Positions 48,427 through 58,150 of a DNA stretch of 64,000 nucleotides are shown here, piece after piece; within the stretch, counting starts at the first letter, position 1; each line of letters opens with the position of its first letter. The notes beneath the pieces were generated by a model, which ran no database searches, was not told the origin of the DNA, and saw only the letters and a list, made by a program, of their open reading frames with translations. The translations under genes were made by a program, and so were the position numbers. Source of the DNA: Sphingobacteriaceae bacterium (GTDB lineage Bacteria; Bacteroidota; Bacteroidia; Sphingobacteriales; Sphingobacteriaceae); the NCBI GenBank assembly GCA_947459195.1, contig CANHCS010000002.1:1769-65768 (forward strand), read 5' to 3'.

Positions 48427-49677
48427 TTAATTGAATTTGAGCGCTTTTACAGGCAAAATTCTGCTCACCAGCATAGAAGGAATAATCAATACCAATAAAC
48501 AAATGACCAAAGTGCCTACATTGAGTAAAAGTACATCGAGCAAGTGTAATTCAATGGGTACAAAGTTCATGTAATATGATTCTGGATCCAGTGGAATCAA
48601 ATGTGTGTGTTGCTGCAGCAAAGCCAACCCCACACCAAAAATATTTCCCAGCAATAAACCCAAACCAATGAGGTAGGCCGCCTGATACAAAAATATTTTC
48701 CGAATTGCCCAATTAGAACTACCCAGCGCTTTCAAGAGACCAATAAACTGTGTTCTCTCTAAAATCATGATCATTAATGCAGAAATCATGTTAATGATCG
48801 CCACAGCCAACATCAATACAAAAATCACCTGCGTATTCACATCTAACAAAGAAAGCCACTGAAAAATAACCGGATATAACTCTTTGACGGTAAAGGCTCG
48901 TAAGCCGACATCCAGCTGCTCATGTATTTGAACAGCTTGCTGATCCAGCATTTCAAAGTCTTTGACCCGAATCTCATAAGCACCTACTTCACCTTCCGAC
49001 CAATTATTCAATTTGCGGACCAGGTTCAAATCTCCTATGACGTAAGTTTTATCTACATCCTCCACACCAAAATTGAAGATCCCAACAATCTTAAACTTAC
49101 GTTTTCGCAAGGGTTCCTGGACAAAATACATCAGGAAATCATCTCCTACTTTCAATTTCAGACGAGAAGCTGTATAGTTAGAAATCAGAATTTGAGATTG
49201 TGCAGCCCGTTCATCGCTAAAATCGATGATATTTCCGGAAATGATCAATGGTTTGAACCAATCCCAATGGTAGCTGGCATCCAGGCCTTTCAACACTACA
49301 CCCTCCACTTCCTTGTTCACTTTTATAATGCCGTTTTTAGTGGCAATAGGATGAATGAATTCAATTGATTTGGATTGTTTCAGCTCCTTAAGCTTATTCG
49401 AATCTAATTTCAAAGCCGAAGTTTCGAGTGATTGATTCAGATCGTATTTCAAAATCTGGATATCTCCCGAAAAAGCCCTCATTTTCTCCCTAATCTCCGA
49501 CTTAAAACCTTTAACAACTGCCAAAGAAAGGATCATTACCGATAGGCCCAACATGATGGCCAAAACAGCCATCCGGACGATCATTTTAGAGAAAGTCCGT
49601 TTGGATTTAAAAGTGATGCGTTGAGCTAGATAAAAAGGGAAATTCAAGCGCTGAATGGATTTTTTGTACCTTAGCAA
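48427..49677 (-). CDS. FtsX-like ABC transporter permease (LolC/E family)
   Basis: N-terminal NFPFYLAQRI, a large periplasmic domain between TM1 and TM2, and a C-terminal FtsX 3-TM bundle. There is no N-terminal ATG; candidates are the TTG at 49677 or the TTG at 49647. Confidence 0.85.
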   Translation of the reverse strand: MLRYKKSIQRLNFPFYLAQRITFKSKRTFSKMIVRMAVLAIMLGLSVMILSLAVVKGFKSEIREKMRAFSGDIQILKYDLNQSLETSALKLDSNKLKELKQSKSIEFIHPIATKNGIIKVNKEVEGVVLKGLDASYHWDWFKPLIISGNIIDFSDERAAQSQILISNYTASRLKLKVGDDFLMYFVQEPLRKRKFKIVGIFNFGVEDVDKTYVIGDLNLVRKLNNWSEGEVGAYEIRVKDFEMLDQQAVQIHEQLDVGLRAFTVKELYPVIFQWLSLLDVNTQVIFVLMLAVAIINMISALMIMILERTQFIGLLKALGSSNWAIRKIFLYQAAYLIGLGLLLGNIFGVGLALLQQHTHLIPLDPESYYMNFVPIELHLLDVLLLNVGTLVICLLVLIIPSMLVSRILPVKALKFN

Positions 49678-49703
49678 AGGTGCAAATTTTTTTGGTCACT
49701 CAT

Positions 49704-50897
49704 ATGAAATACTGCTTATTGACAGTCCTGCTTTTTGTTTCGATGGCTTCTTCAGCGCAATCATCCAAGAGCAAATTAAAAACCGGTGCAGACCAAACTG
49801 AACTCTATGTCCCCTATCTCAAAGGTAAAAAGGTGGGCATGGTCATGAACGCAACTTCTACGATTGGCAACAAATTGAGTGTTGACAGTTTAAAAAGCTT
49901 AGGCATAGACGTTCAAAAAATATTTGCACCAGAACATGGTTTTAGAGGTGATTACAGCAATGGCGCCAAGGTTGCCGATGGCATTGACCCGAAGACTGGC
50001 ATACCGCTTATCTCTCTTTATGGAAAGCACCTGAAACCTTCTCCGGAAGATTTAGCGGGATTAGATATCTTGATATTTGATATTCAGGATGTGGGTGCCC
50101 GTTTTTATACTTACATCTCCACACTGCATTACGTAATGGAAGCATGTGAAGAAAATCAATTGGAATTATTGCTATTAGACCGTCCAAACCCAAATGCATT
50201 TTATGTGGATGGCCCCGTATTAGATGAAAAATTCAAATCCTTCATTGGTATGCATCCTGTCCCGATTGTACACGGGATGACCTTGGGTGAATATGCCCAA
50301 ATGATCAACGGTGAAGGCTGGCTCAACAAGCAAGTACAATGCAAATTAAAAATAATAAAAGTTGCAAACTACACGCATGAAACTGCATATGAAGTACCTA
50401 TCAAACCATCGCCTAATTTAAACACGCAAGCATCCATTTATCTCTACCCAAGTTTATGTTTGTTTGAGGGAACGGTTATCAGTCAGGGTCGTGGCACTTA
50501 CCATCCCTTTCAGGTATTGGGCAGTCCAGAATTAAAAGGCAAATACCGGTTTTCGTTTAAACCACAATCTATTGCCGGGATGAGTGAAAGTCCGATTCAT
50601 TTAGGAAAAGATTGTTACGGAATCGATTTAAGGAATTATCCGGTTGGAGCAATTAGAAAAAGTGGACAATTAAACCTGAAATGGCTGATCCAGTTTTACA
50701 AAGCTTATCCGGATAAAGCCTCTTTTTTCGATTATAAAAAACATCCTCAAATGGGTAATTTTGACAAATTAGCGGGCACAGATTTGCTAAAAGCACAAAT
50801 CATTGCTGGAAAATCTGAGGAAGAAATCCGCTTAAGCTGGGAACCGGCCTTGAGTCAATTTAAATTGATGCGAAAAAAATACCTGCTTTACCCTTGA
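49704..50897 (+). CDS. DUF1343 family protein (exo-beta-N-acetylmuramidase NamZ-like)
   Basis: Signal peptide MKYCLLTVLLFVSMASSAQS. Motifs FAPEHGFRG, FDIQDVGARFYTY, LDRPNP. Confidence 0.85.
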   Translation: MKYCLLTVLLFVSMASSAQSSKSKLKTGADQTELYVPYLKGKKVGMVMNATSTIGNKLSVDSLKSLGIDVQKIFAPEHGFRGDYSNGAKVADGIDPKTGIPLISLYGKHLKPSPEDLAGLDILIFDIQDVGARFYTYISTLHYVMEACEENQLELLLLDRPNPNAFYVDGPVLDEKFKSFIGMHPVPIVHGMTLGEYAQMINGEGWLNKQVQCKLKIIKVANYTHETAYEVPIKPSPNLNTQASIYLYPSLCLFEGTVISQGRGTYHPFQVLGSPELKGKYRFSFKPQSIAGMSESPIHLGKDCYGIDLRNYPVGAIRKSGQLNLKWLIQFYKAYPDKASFFDYKKHPQMGNFDKLAGTDLLKAQIIAGKSEEEIRLSWEPALSQFKLMRKKYLLYP

Positions 50898-50907
50898 TCT
50901 TGAATAT

Positions 50908-51816
50908 ATGAGAATAGTATTTATGGGAACGCCCGAATTTGCGGTTGCCTCTTTGGCAGCCTTGATCAATACGGGTAAAGAAATAGTGGGCGTAGTTACG
51001 GCACCAGACAAACCGGCTGGCCGGGGACAAACAATCACCGAGTCGGCTGTAAAACAATTTGCAAGTGCAAAAGGCTTGAAAGTGCTACAACCACAAAAAT
51101 TAAAGGATCCGGAATTTTTAGCCGAACTGAAAGCCCTAAATGCTGATTTACAAATTGTGGTAGCCTTCCGGATGCTTCCCGAAATGGTTTGGAACATGCC
51201 TCCACACGGGACCATCAACTTGCATGCCTCTGTCCTGCCCGATTATCGCGGGGCAGCCCCGATCAACTGGGCCATCATCAATGGAGAGAAAGAAACCGGC
51301 TTGACCACCTTTAAACTAAAACATGAGATCGATACAGGTGATGTCTTACTACAGGAAAAATTATCTATAGGCGAGGCAGAAACCGCCGGTGAACTCCACG
51401 ACCGGATGAAAGATCTAGGTGCAAAACTGTTGGTTGAGACGATAAATCAATTGGAGAAAGGGATTTTGCTAGCAAAACCACAATCGTCACCAAAAGAAGA
51501 AAAACATGCGCCAAAATTATTTAAAGAGGATTGTAAAATAGATTGGGAGCTTCCGGCGATACAAATTTTTAACCTGGTGAGGGGTTTGAGTCCATACCCG
51601 ACAGCATTCACTACTTTATTGGGTAAAAACCTGAAAATTTTCAGGGCCAGTATCGAAAAAACTAAGCCAAATATCCCGGCAGGCAATTATTCAACTGACC
51701 ATAAAAGCTTTTTAAAATTCGCTGCTGCAGATGGATTCATCAACTTGCTGGAAGTTCAGATGGAAGGAAAAAAGAAAATGGGAATTGAGGAATTCTTGAG
51801 AGGAATACGTTTATAA
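50908..51816 (+). CDS. fmt: methionyl-tRNA formyltransferase
   Basis: MRIVFMGTPEFA, HASVLPDYRGAAPI; 302 aa. Confidence 0.95.
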   Translation: MRIVFMGTPEFAVASLAALINTGKEIVGVVTAPDKPAGRGQTITESAVKQFASAKGLKVLQPQKLKDPEFLAELKALNADLQIVVAFRMLPEMVWNMPPHGTINLHASVLPDYRGAAPINWAIINGEKETGLTTFKLKHEIDTGDVLLQEKLSIGEAETAGELHDRMKDLGAKLLVETINQLEKGILLAKPQSSPKEEKHAPKLFKEDCKIDWELPAIQIFNLVRGLSPYPTAFTTLLGKNLKIFRASIEKTKPNIPAGNYSTDHKSFLKFAAADGFINLLEVQMEGKKKMGIEEFLRGIRL

Positions 51817-52650
51817 CTTGTTCAGCTCCTCAAAAAGAAAAGTTGCATTTTTGTTGAAATAGCGTTTCAGCTTATAACCCATCACCCAAAGTATGCCCTT
51901 ACTGGCATTGGTCAAAAAGATCTCTTCCGCAGCCTCTAACACCGCGGGATTGATTTGCGCCTCGATCACTTGCATCCCCGCCTTTTTGGCCAAACCAATC
52001 ACCACATGGCGCATCACTCCCGCGATACATCCTTCACTCAGAGCAGGGGTAAAAATTTGATTTTTATAAACAACGAACACATTACTGCTGATCGCTTCGC
52101 ATAAAAAACCATCCTGATTTAAGAGGAGGGCTTCATCCAACCGCTGTTCGTTTTTATAAATGCCGGCTAGAACATAAACCAAAGAATTGGCTGTTTTATA
52201 GTTTGAAAGTGTTCCTGCAGATTTTCTAACCTCAGTGAAAACATCAATCAATAAGCCCTTATCATTCCACTCGTATCGACCGCTGTGCAATTTAGCGTTT
52301 TCGAGGATGTAGCCCATCTTATTAGAGTTGGGGGCATACAAACCATCCGCATCGCGGTAAACACTCAAACGGAAACGGGCATGAGCTCCCGTTTTATTGA
52401 CACGGCTTAGTTCTTCGGCTTTTTGTTGTAAGAAAGCAGCATCAATTTTAGTAGGCGCTTCAATTTTCAAAGCCTTCATCCCCCGCTGAATTCTGTCTGC
52501 GTGTAAATCGGCAAACTTTAGCTCGCCGTTCATCATGCGCATCGATTCAAACAAACCATCTCCATAGCGTAAAGCCCTGTGATTGGCTGTAAAAACAGCA
52601 ATATCATCGGGTACTAATTCATTATTGATATTGATCAATTGCTTAGGCAT
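51811..52650 (-). CDS. class IV aminotransferase family protein (aminodeoxychorismate lyase-like)
   Basis: 279 aa with a fold-type IV pattern (YGDGLFE, ...N.L.....K, E..I....L...EE.FLTN). Confidence 0.75.
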   Translation of the reverse strand: MPKQLININNELVPDDIAVFTANHRALRYGDGLFESMRMMNGELKFADLHADRIQRGMKALKIEAPTKIDAAFLQQKAEELSRVNKTGAHARFRLSVYRDADGLYAPNSNKMGYILENAKLHSGRYEWNDKGLLIDVFTEVRKSAGTLSNYKTANSLVYVLAGIYKNEQRLDEALLLNQDGFLCEAISSNVFVVYKNQIFTPALSEGCIAGVMRHVVIGLAKKAGMQVIEAQINPAVLEAAEEIFLTNASKGILWVMGYKLKRYFNKNATFLFEELNKL

Positions 52651-53677
52651 ATTTAATATAATTACGCCATTTTTCTAATACTGCCGTAAAATCGGCTGGC
52701 ATGGGAGCTTGAAAATGTAAATACTGTTTTGTGCTGGGATGAATAAAACCTAAAGTTTCTGCATGCAGGGCCTGTCGCGGCATCAGGGCAAAGCAATTTT
52801 CTACAAATTGCTTATACTTTCCATTTACAGTTCCTTTTAAAATGCGGTCGCCACCGTAGCTGGCATCACTAAAAAGCGGATGTCCCAAATATTTCATGTG
52901 TGCCCTGATTTGGTGAGTACGGCCAGTTTCCAGCTGACATTCGATGAGCGTTACATAACCAAATCTTTCCAATATTTTGTAATGTGTTACGGCCCATTTT
53001 CCCTTTTCTTCCTCCTCATAAATGTCCATTACCCTCCGGTCTTTTGCACTGCGACCTATAAATCCTGTCACCGTACCATCTTCCACTAAATCGCCCCAAA
53101 CTAGTGCCTGATATTTTCGGGTGATGGAGTGATCGTAAAACTGCCTCGCCAAGTAAGTAAGTGATCGTTCATTCTTACTGATCAACAATAAACCCGAGGT
53201 GTCTTTATCAATTCGATGAACTAGTCCCGGACGGCCCTCATTGCCAGCTAATTGAGGCAAGTTTTGAAAATGATAAACCAAGGCATTCACCAAAGTACCA
53301 GTGTAATTGTTGTAACCGGGGTGAACCACCATCCCAGCTGCTTTGTTAACTACCAGCAAATCGGCATCCTCGTAAACAATTTCAATTGGGATATTTTCAG
53401 GATAAACCTCTGTATCGCGGGGCGGATGTGGTAAAACTACCGTAATGAGATCTTTGGGCTTGACCTTGTAGCTCGCCTTGATCACCTGGCCATTTACCAA
53501 CACATTACCTGCCTCAATTGCATTTTGTATGCGATTGCGTGAAGCATTTTCAACCCGATGCATCAGGAATTTATCGATACGTAAGAGCGACTGTCCTTTA
53601 TCTACTTCAATGCGCAGGTGCTCATATAAATCTTGTTCATCTTGTTCCAATAAGTCCAGGTGCTCGGCCATGTCCAA
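52643..53677 (-). CDS. rluD: RluA family pseudouridine synthase (RluD-like)
   Basis: S4 domain followed by the catalytic HRIDKDTSG motif. Confidence 0.9.
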   Translation of the reverse strand: MDMAEHLDLLEQDEQDLYEHLRIEVDKGQSLLRIDKFLMHRVENASRNRIQNAIEAGNVLVNGQVIKASYKVKPKDLITVVLPHPPRDTEVYPENIPIEIVYEDADLLVVNKAAGMVVHPGYNNYTGTLVNALVYHFQNLPQLAGNEGRPGLVHRIDKDTSGLLLISKNERSLTYLARQFYDHSITRKYQALVWGDLVEDGTVTGFIGRSAKDRRVMDIYEEEEKGKWAVTHYKILERFGYVTLIECQLETGRTHQIRAHMKYLGHPLFSDASYGGDRILKGTVNGKYKQFVENCFALMPRQALHAETLGFIHPSTKQYLHFQAPMPADFTAVLEKWRNYIKYA

Positions 53678-53742
53678 AAATAAACCTTAAATCTTTCTAA
53701 AAGAAAATTTATGATTTAACATGATTTAAGGCCCATAAGAAT

Positions 53743-53750
53743 TAGATTTG
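53743..53750 (+). promoter_or_regulatory. -7 promoter box (TAGATTTG)
   Basis: Exact TAnnTTTG match, 50 nt upstream of the ATG at 53801. Confidence 0.4.
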
Positions 53751-53800
53751 CAAGGCTATATTTATCAATAGCTACAAGTTCAATGCTCTAATCTCTTCGC

Positions 53801-54847
53801 ATGAAAAAAATTCACACCACCTTCAAAACCCTTCTAATTTTTCTATTTCTGTTTGGATTTAGTACATCTCTGAGTGCTCAGGACGAAATATCAGGTCTCT
53901 TTAAATCTAATAAAGAGGATGCCCAAAAACTGATCCAGGCTTACTTGAATCCCTTTTTAAGAGGTTTCGGAACGGGTATCAACTCAAATTGGAATACCAG
54001 CGCTGCCACCAAAAAATTTGGAAGAGTAGAGCTAAGACTGGGTATGACAGGTGTCATGATCCCTGAATCAGATCAATTTTTCGATATTACCAAACTGGGC
54101 CTCTCGAGCAATATCGCACCTGCTGATCCTTCTAAAACATTAAGCCCCACCATCGGCGGAGATAAAATCAACGGACCGCTCATGAATATTTATGCCAATA
54201 ATGTTCAGGTCGGCCAATTTGTACTCCCTAAGGGTGCCGAATTGCCTTTTGTTCCTGCACCTCAACTACAGGCAACAGTAGGTTTTATAAAAGGAATGGA
54301 TTTTACGGTTAGATACGTGCCTAACATCAAACTCGGTGAATCAAACGGCACCATCGGCATGATGGGTGGGGGTGTGAAAGTAAATTTACTACGTTTATTC
54401 ACCGGCAAACTTTCTGATAAGGTTTTACCATTCGATTTGGCCGCAGCAGTGGGTTACACTCGTTTAACTTATCAGCTTCCGCTGGAAGTAAGAGGGGCTA
54501 ATAACTCCATTCCAGATCCCAATCAAAAACTGGAAGCGAGGTTTGAAGGTTTGAATATAGAAGCCATCCTATCTAAAAAAGTTTTATTCTTTACCCCTTT
54601 CATCAGTATGGCTTATCAAAAATCTGAAAGCAATGTGGATCTGAAAGGTGTTTATCCATTTCAAATCGCCAGCAATACCTATGTCAATTTTAGCGATCCG
54701 GTAAGCATCAATCAAAAAAATCCCAATAGCCTAAGAACCAATGTTGGTTTGCAGTTTAACCTTTTACTGCTACGGGTTTTCGGTTCTTACAGCTTTGGCG
54801 ATTTTGAAGCCTTCAATGCAGGGATTGGCATCGGAATAGGCAGATAA
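53801..54847 (+). CDS. hypothetical secreted protein, probable outer-membrane beta-barrel
   Basis: Signal peptide ...FSTSLSAQ. Alternating beta pattern and a Gly/aromatic-rich C-terminus (FGSYSFGDFEAFNAGIGIGIGR). Possibly the DUF6588 family; that call is from memory and uncertain. Confidence 0.65.
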   Translation: MKKIHTTFKTLLIFLFLFGFSTSLSAQDEISGLFKSNKEDAQKLIQAYLNPFLRGFGTGINSNWNTSAATKKFGRVELRLGMTGVMIPESDQFFDITKLGLSSNIAPADPSKTLSPTIGGDKINGPLMNIYANNVQVGQFVLPKGAELPFVPAPQLQATVGFIKGMDFTVRYVPNIKLGESNGTIGMMGGGVKVNLLRLFTGKLSDKVLPFDLAAAVGYTRLTYQLPLEVRGANNSIPDPNQKLEARFEGLNIEAILSKKVLFFTPFISMAYQKSESNVDLKGVYPFQIASNTYVNFSDPVSINQKNPNSLRTNVGLQFNLLLLRVFGSYSFGDFEAFNAGIGIGIGR

Positions 54848-54864
54848 AAATCCTTATCTTATTT

Positions 54865-54892
54865 AAAGCCTCCTTGTTGGAGGCTTTATTGT
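54865..54892 (+). terminator. rho-independent terminator
   Basis: Stem AAAGCCTCC / GGAGGCTTT with a 5-nt loop, then TTTATT. Confidence 0.65.
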
Positions 54893-54902
54893 TTAATGAT
54901 TA

Positions 54903-55829
54903 ATGAAACTAAACTTACCAAGTCCGGTACAAGAAATCCATAGCCCACTTTACCTTGAAAAGGGATTGAGGGTTTTTGTGAAAAGAGATGACCTGATTCA
55001 CCCCCTCATTTCGGGCAATAAATGGCGTAAGTTGAAATACATCCTATCTGATGCCCAAGACCAAGCCAAAACCCACCTGGTTACCTTCGGTGGCGCCTAT
55101 TCCAATCATTTGCTTGCTTGTGCAGCTGCTGCCAATTATAACGGTCTAAATTGCACCGGAGTGGTTCGTGGTGAACAGGTGAAAAATGAAATCCTTGACA
55201 AATGCGCTGCCCTCGGGATGAGATTGATATTTGTAGATAGAGAACGTTACCGCAATAAACATCAGATCTTTAAGGAACTGTTTGAGAAAGATGATCAGGC
55301 TTATTTTATTGATGAAGGCGGCGCCAGTGAAGAGGCTGTACAGGGCTGTGAGGAGATTATAACTGAGCTGCATGCAACATTTGATCATATCTTGTGTGCA
55401 GCTGGCACAGGAAGTACAGCTGCCGGTATTTTAGCTGCCATCAATAAACAAGAATTAAATACTCGTTTACAACTAATTCCGGTACTAAAAGATGGTGACT
55501 TTTTTAATCAAGCCATTGATAAATATGCCATCCCTGACACTTCTTTCGAGCTTCATAAAAACTATCATTTTGGAGGTTATGCAAAATATAATGACCAGTT
55601 ATTAGAGTTTATAATTGATTATTATCACCAGCACGAAATTTTATTAGATCAGGTATATACTGCCAAATTGGTTTTTGGGTTGGATGATTTAATCCGGTCT
55701 GATTTTTTCAAACCAGGAGAACACCTACTTTGGATCCATACCGGTGGTAAGACCGGACTATTGGGAATTAAAGAAAAATTGATTGCCAAAGCGCCCGAAT
55801 TCAGGCAGATTTTAGAAGAAATTTTATAA
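54903..55829 (+). CDS. PLP-dependent ACC deaminase / D-cysteine desulfhydrase family protein
   Basis: PLP-Lys motif SGNKWRKLKY and a fold-type II pattern; 308 aa. Confidence 0.8.
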   Translation: MKLNLPSPVQEIHSPLYLEKGLRVFVKRDDLIHPLISGNKWRKLKYILSDAQDQAKTHLVTFGGAYSNHLLACAAAANYNGLNCTGVVRGEQVKNEILDKCAALGMRLIFVDRERYRNKHQIFKELFEKDDQAYFIDEGGASEEAVQGCEEIITELHATFDHILCAAGTGSTAAGILAAINKQELNTRLQLIPVLKDGDFFNQAIDKYAIPDTSFELHKNYHFGGYAKYNDQLLEFIIDYYHQHEILLDQVYTAKLVFGLDDLIRSDFFKPGEHLLWIHTGGKTGLLGIKEKLIAKAPEFRQILEEIL

Positions 55830-55871
55830 AATAATTTTCCACACCTCTATTTTTCTCCACGCAAAAACAAG

Positions 55872-55906
55872 AAAAAATAGGTTTAAATTATTTAAACCTA
55901 TTTTTT
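55872..55906 (+). terminator. AT-rich palindromic hairpin flanked by A- and T-runs (bidirectional terminator-like)
   Basis: AAAAAATAGGTTTAAAT-TA-TTTAAACCTATTTTTT read directly from the sequence. Confidence 0.55.
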
Positions 55907-55984
55907 AGCTCTTTTCGAAAAATAAGCTAAAAATTGCCCATGAGAGCCCTTATTGGTAATTTTACATAAACAATTTTAAAACCT

Positions 55985-57316
55985 ATGTATAAATTATCGA
56001 TCGCACCCGACCAAGTTCAGGAAACACTCAGCAAACATATTTTAGCTGACGGATTTGACCTGACATTTGATATGGAGAAAAGTGAGGGTGTTCATATTTA
56101 CGACGCAAAAAATAACAGAACCCTGTTGGACTTCTTTACTTGCTTTGCCTCAGTACCACTGGGTTACAATCACCCTAAAATGGTGAATGATGAGGAATTC
56201 AAGAAGAACCTGATGTTGGCGGCATTGACAAATCCATCCAATTCAGATATTTATACCACTCAATACGCCCAATTTGTGGACACCTTCTCCAGAATTGGCA
56301 TTCCATCTTATTTACCACATGCATTTTTCATCGCAGGAGGCGCCTTAGCCATCGAAAATGCAATTAAAACCGCTATGGACTGGAAAGTTCAAAAAAACTT
56401 CCAGAAAGGCTATACAGAGGAGAAGGGATATAAAGTTTTACACTTTGAGCAAGCTTTTCACGGGCGTTCGGGTTATACCGTCAGCTTGACCAATACTTTG
56501 CCAGATAAAACCAAGTGGTTTGCCAAATTCGATTGGCCAAGGGTGAGCATCCCAAAAATTAAATTCCCATTTACTGATGCGAATTATGAAGATTTGAAAC
56601 AGAGGGAAGCATTATCTATCGCTCAAATCAAGCAGGCCTTTAAAAACCATCCAGATGATATTTGCGCCATCTTAATCGAACCTATACAGTCTGAAGGCGG
56701 AGACAACCACGTACGCCAGGAGTTTTTAGAGCAATTACGTGTTTTAGCCGATGAGAATGAGGCTTTGTTAATTTATGATGAAGTTCAAACCGGTGTGGGT
56801 TTAACTGGTAAATTCTGGTGCCACGAACATTTTGGAGAAAAGGCCCGTCCGGATATTTTAGCTTTTGGTAAAAAAATGCAGATCTGCGGAATACTGGCAG
56901 GCACCCGCATTGATGATATTGACACCAATGTTTTCCGTGTTCCTTCTCGGATCAATTCTACCTGGGGCGGTAACCTGGTCGATATGGTTAGGGCCAGCAA
57001 AATCATGGAAATTATTGAAGAAGATCAATTGGTTGCAAATGCTGCGCAAACCGGAACATACCTTCAAGAGCGACTTTTAAAAATAGCTGAAAAATATCCT
57101 CAGGTGAGTAATGTAAGAGGCAAGGGTTTACTTACAGCCTTTGATTTTTCAAGCAAAAACATGCGTGATGAGTTTATCAAAAAAGGACTTGAGAAAAATG
57201 TCATGTTTTTGGGTTGTGGCAACCAAACCATACGTTTCAGACCGGCCTTGATCATGAGCAATGATCACATTGATGCAGGTTTAAATGTGATGGAGCAAAT
57301 TGTTGCAAAACTCTAA
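55985..57316 (+). CDS. lat: L-lysine 6-transaminase (class III aminotransferase)
   Basis: 443 aa. The N-terminal pattern ..HILADGFD...D...S.G....D and EPIQSEGGDNH / AFGKK (PLP Lys) resemble LAT. Confidence 0.8.
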   Translation: MYKLSIAPDQVQETLSKHILADGFDLTFDMEKSEGVHIYDAKNNRTLLDFFTCFASVPLGYNHPKMVNDEEFKKNLMLAALTNPSNSDIYTTQYAQFVDTFSRIGIPSYLPHAFFIAGGALAIENAIKTAMDWKVQKNFQKGYTEEKGYKVLHFEQAFHGRSGYTVSLTNTLPDKTKWFAKFDWPRVSIPKIKFPFTDANYEDLKQREALSIAQIKQAFKNHPDDICAILIEPIQSEGGDNHVRQEFLEQLRVLADENEALLIYDEVQTGVGLTGKFWCHEHFGEKARPDILAFGKKMQICGILAGTRIDDIDTNVFRVPSRINSTWGGNLVDMVRASKIMEIIEEDQLVANAAQTGTYLQERLLKIAEKYPQVSNVRGKGLLTAFDFSSKNMRDEFIKKGLEKNVMFLGCGNQTIRFRPALIMSNDHIDAGLNVMEQIVAKL

Positions 57317-57338
57317 ATCCCCGATCGGGAAGCATTAA

Positions 57339-57372
57339 AGCGGAATGTGTTCAACAGGTTCCGCTTTTTTTA
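57339..57372 (+). terminator. rho-independent terminator between lat and bshB1
   Basis: Stem AAGCGGAA / TTCCGCTT with a 13-nt loop, followed by TTTTTTT. Confidence 0.55.
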
Positions 57373-57380
57373 TGGATTAA

Positions 57381-58097
57381 TTAGAGTAAATCGAAGAGGC
57401 TTTTCACACCCAGCAGCTTTTTTGAAGTGAAGCCTTCGGCATAGGTTGCCTGGATGGATTTACCAAATTCACGACAGCGAGCCTCCAAAGCATTTAAAAA
57501 ATCGGGGGATGAAATGTAAGTATCAGGTTCTGTCGACTTAGGATCGAAGAATTGAGATCTGAAAGCACGGATGGAAGCTAATTTTTGTTCCCAATACGGG
57601 GTGATATCTATTAAAATATCAGGTTGGATGTACCTATCCTGAATATAATGCAGTAGCAAACTCGGTCGCCAAGGTTTTTGGCCCTGACCGTCTAATTGTG
57701 TTTCTATCTTAGTTAATCCGGATAAAAAAACAGCATCATTGATCAATTCCGAAGCACGTCCATGATCAGGATGTCTGTCAGATAAAGCGTTTGCCAGAAC
57801 AATTTCAGGCTGGTATTTTCTGATTGCCTCGATCACTTTCAGACGATTAATCTCATCATTCAGAAAAAATCCGTCTCTCAATCCTAAATTCTCACGAATG
57901 GCCAATCCCAAAATTTCAGCTGAAGCCGCAGCCTCTTGGGCTCTCAATTGAGCGTTACCCCGTGTACCCAGTTCACCTTGTGTTAAATCAACAACACCCA
58001 CCTTTTTGCCTTCGCTCGTGTATTTTAAAATGGTACCTGAGCAGGCTAATTCAGCATCATCCGGATGAGCGGCAAAAACGAGTATGTCTAATTTCAT
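57381..58097 (-). CDS. bshB1: bacillithiol biosynthesis deacetylase BshB1 (PIG-L family)
   Basis: AHPDDAE, ...DLT.GE.GTRG..., HPDH motifs; 238 aa. Confidence 0.85.
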   Translation of the reverse strand: MKLDILVFAAHPDDAELACSGTILKYTSEGKKVGVVDLTQGELGTRGNAQLRAQEAAASAEILGLAIRENLGLRDGFFLNDEINRLKVIEAIRKYQPEIVLANALSDRHPDHGRASELINDAVFLSGLTKIETQLDGQGQKPWRPSLLLHYIQDRYIQPDILIDITPYWEQKLASIRAFRSQFFDPKSTEPDTYISSPDFLNALEARCREFGKSIQATYAEGFTSKKLLGVKSLFDLL

Positions 58098-58150
58098 AAA
58101 GTAAAGCTGACTATTGGGAGATCTTCAAAGGTAACAAAAATGCAAGTTGG

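Noticed and set aside
48922-49368. 148-aa plus-strand ORF antisense to the LolE-like permease
   Set aside because: Shadow ORF. The minus-strand FtsX-family protein is well supported.
50832-51218. 128-aa minus-strand ORF antisense to fmt
   Set aside because: Shadow ORF inside a conserved gene with no motifs.
55830-55984. Possible lysine riboswitch upstream of the lysine transaminase gene
   Set aside because: The spacer is only 155 nt. About 35 nt of it form the terminator-like hairpin of the upstream gene. That leaves too little sequence, and none of the conserved lysine-riboswitch helices that I could see.
57320-57331. Perfect palindrome TCCCGATCGGGA after lat
   Set aside because: It is 12 nt with no loop, too short to assign a function, and a proper terminator hairpin follows at 57339-57372.
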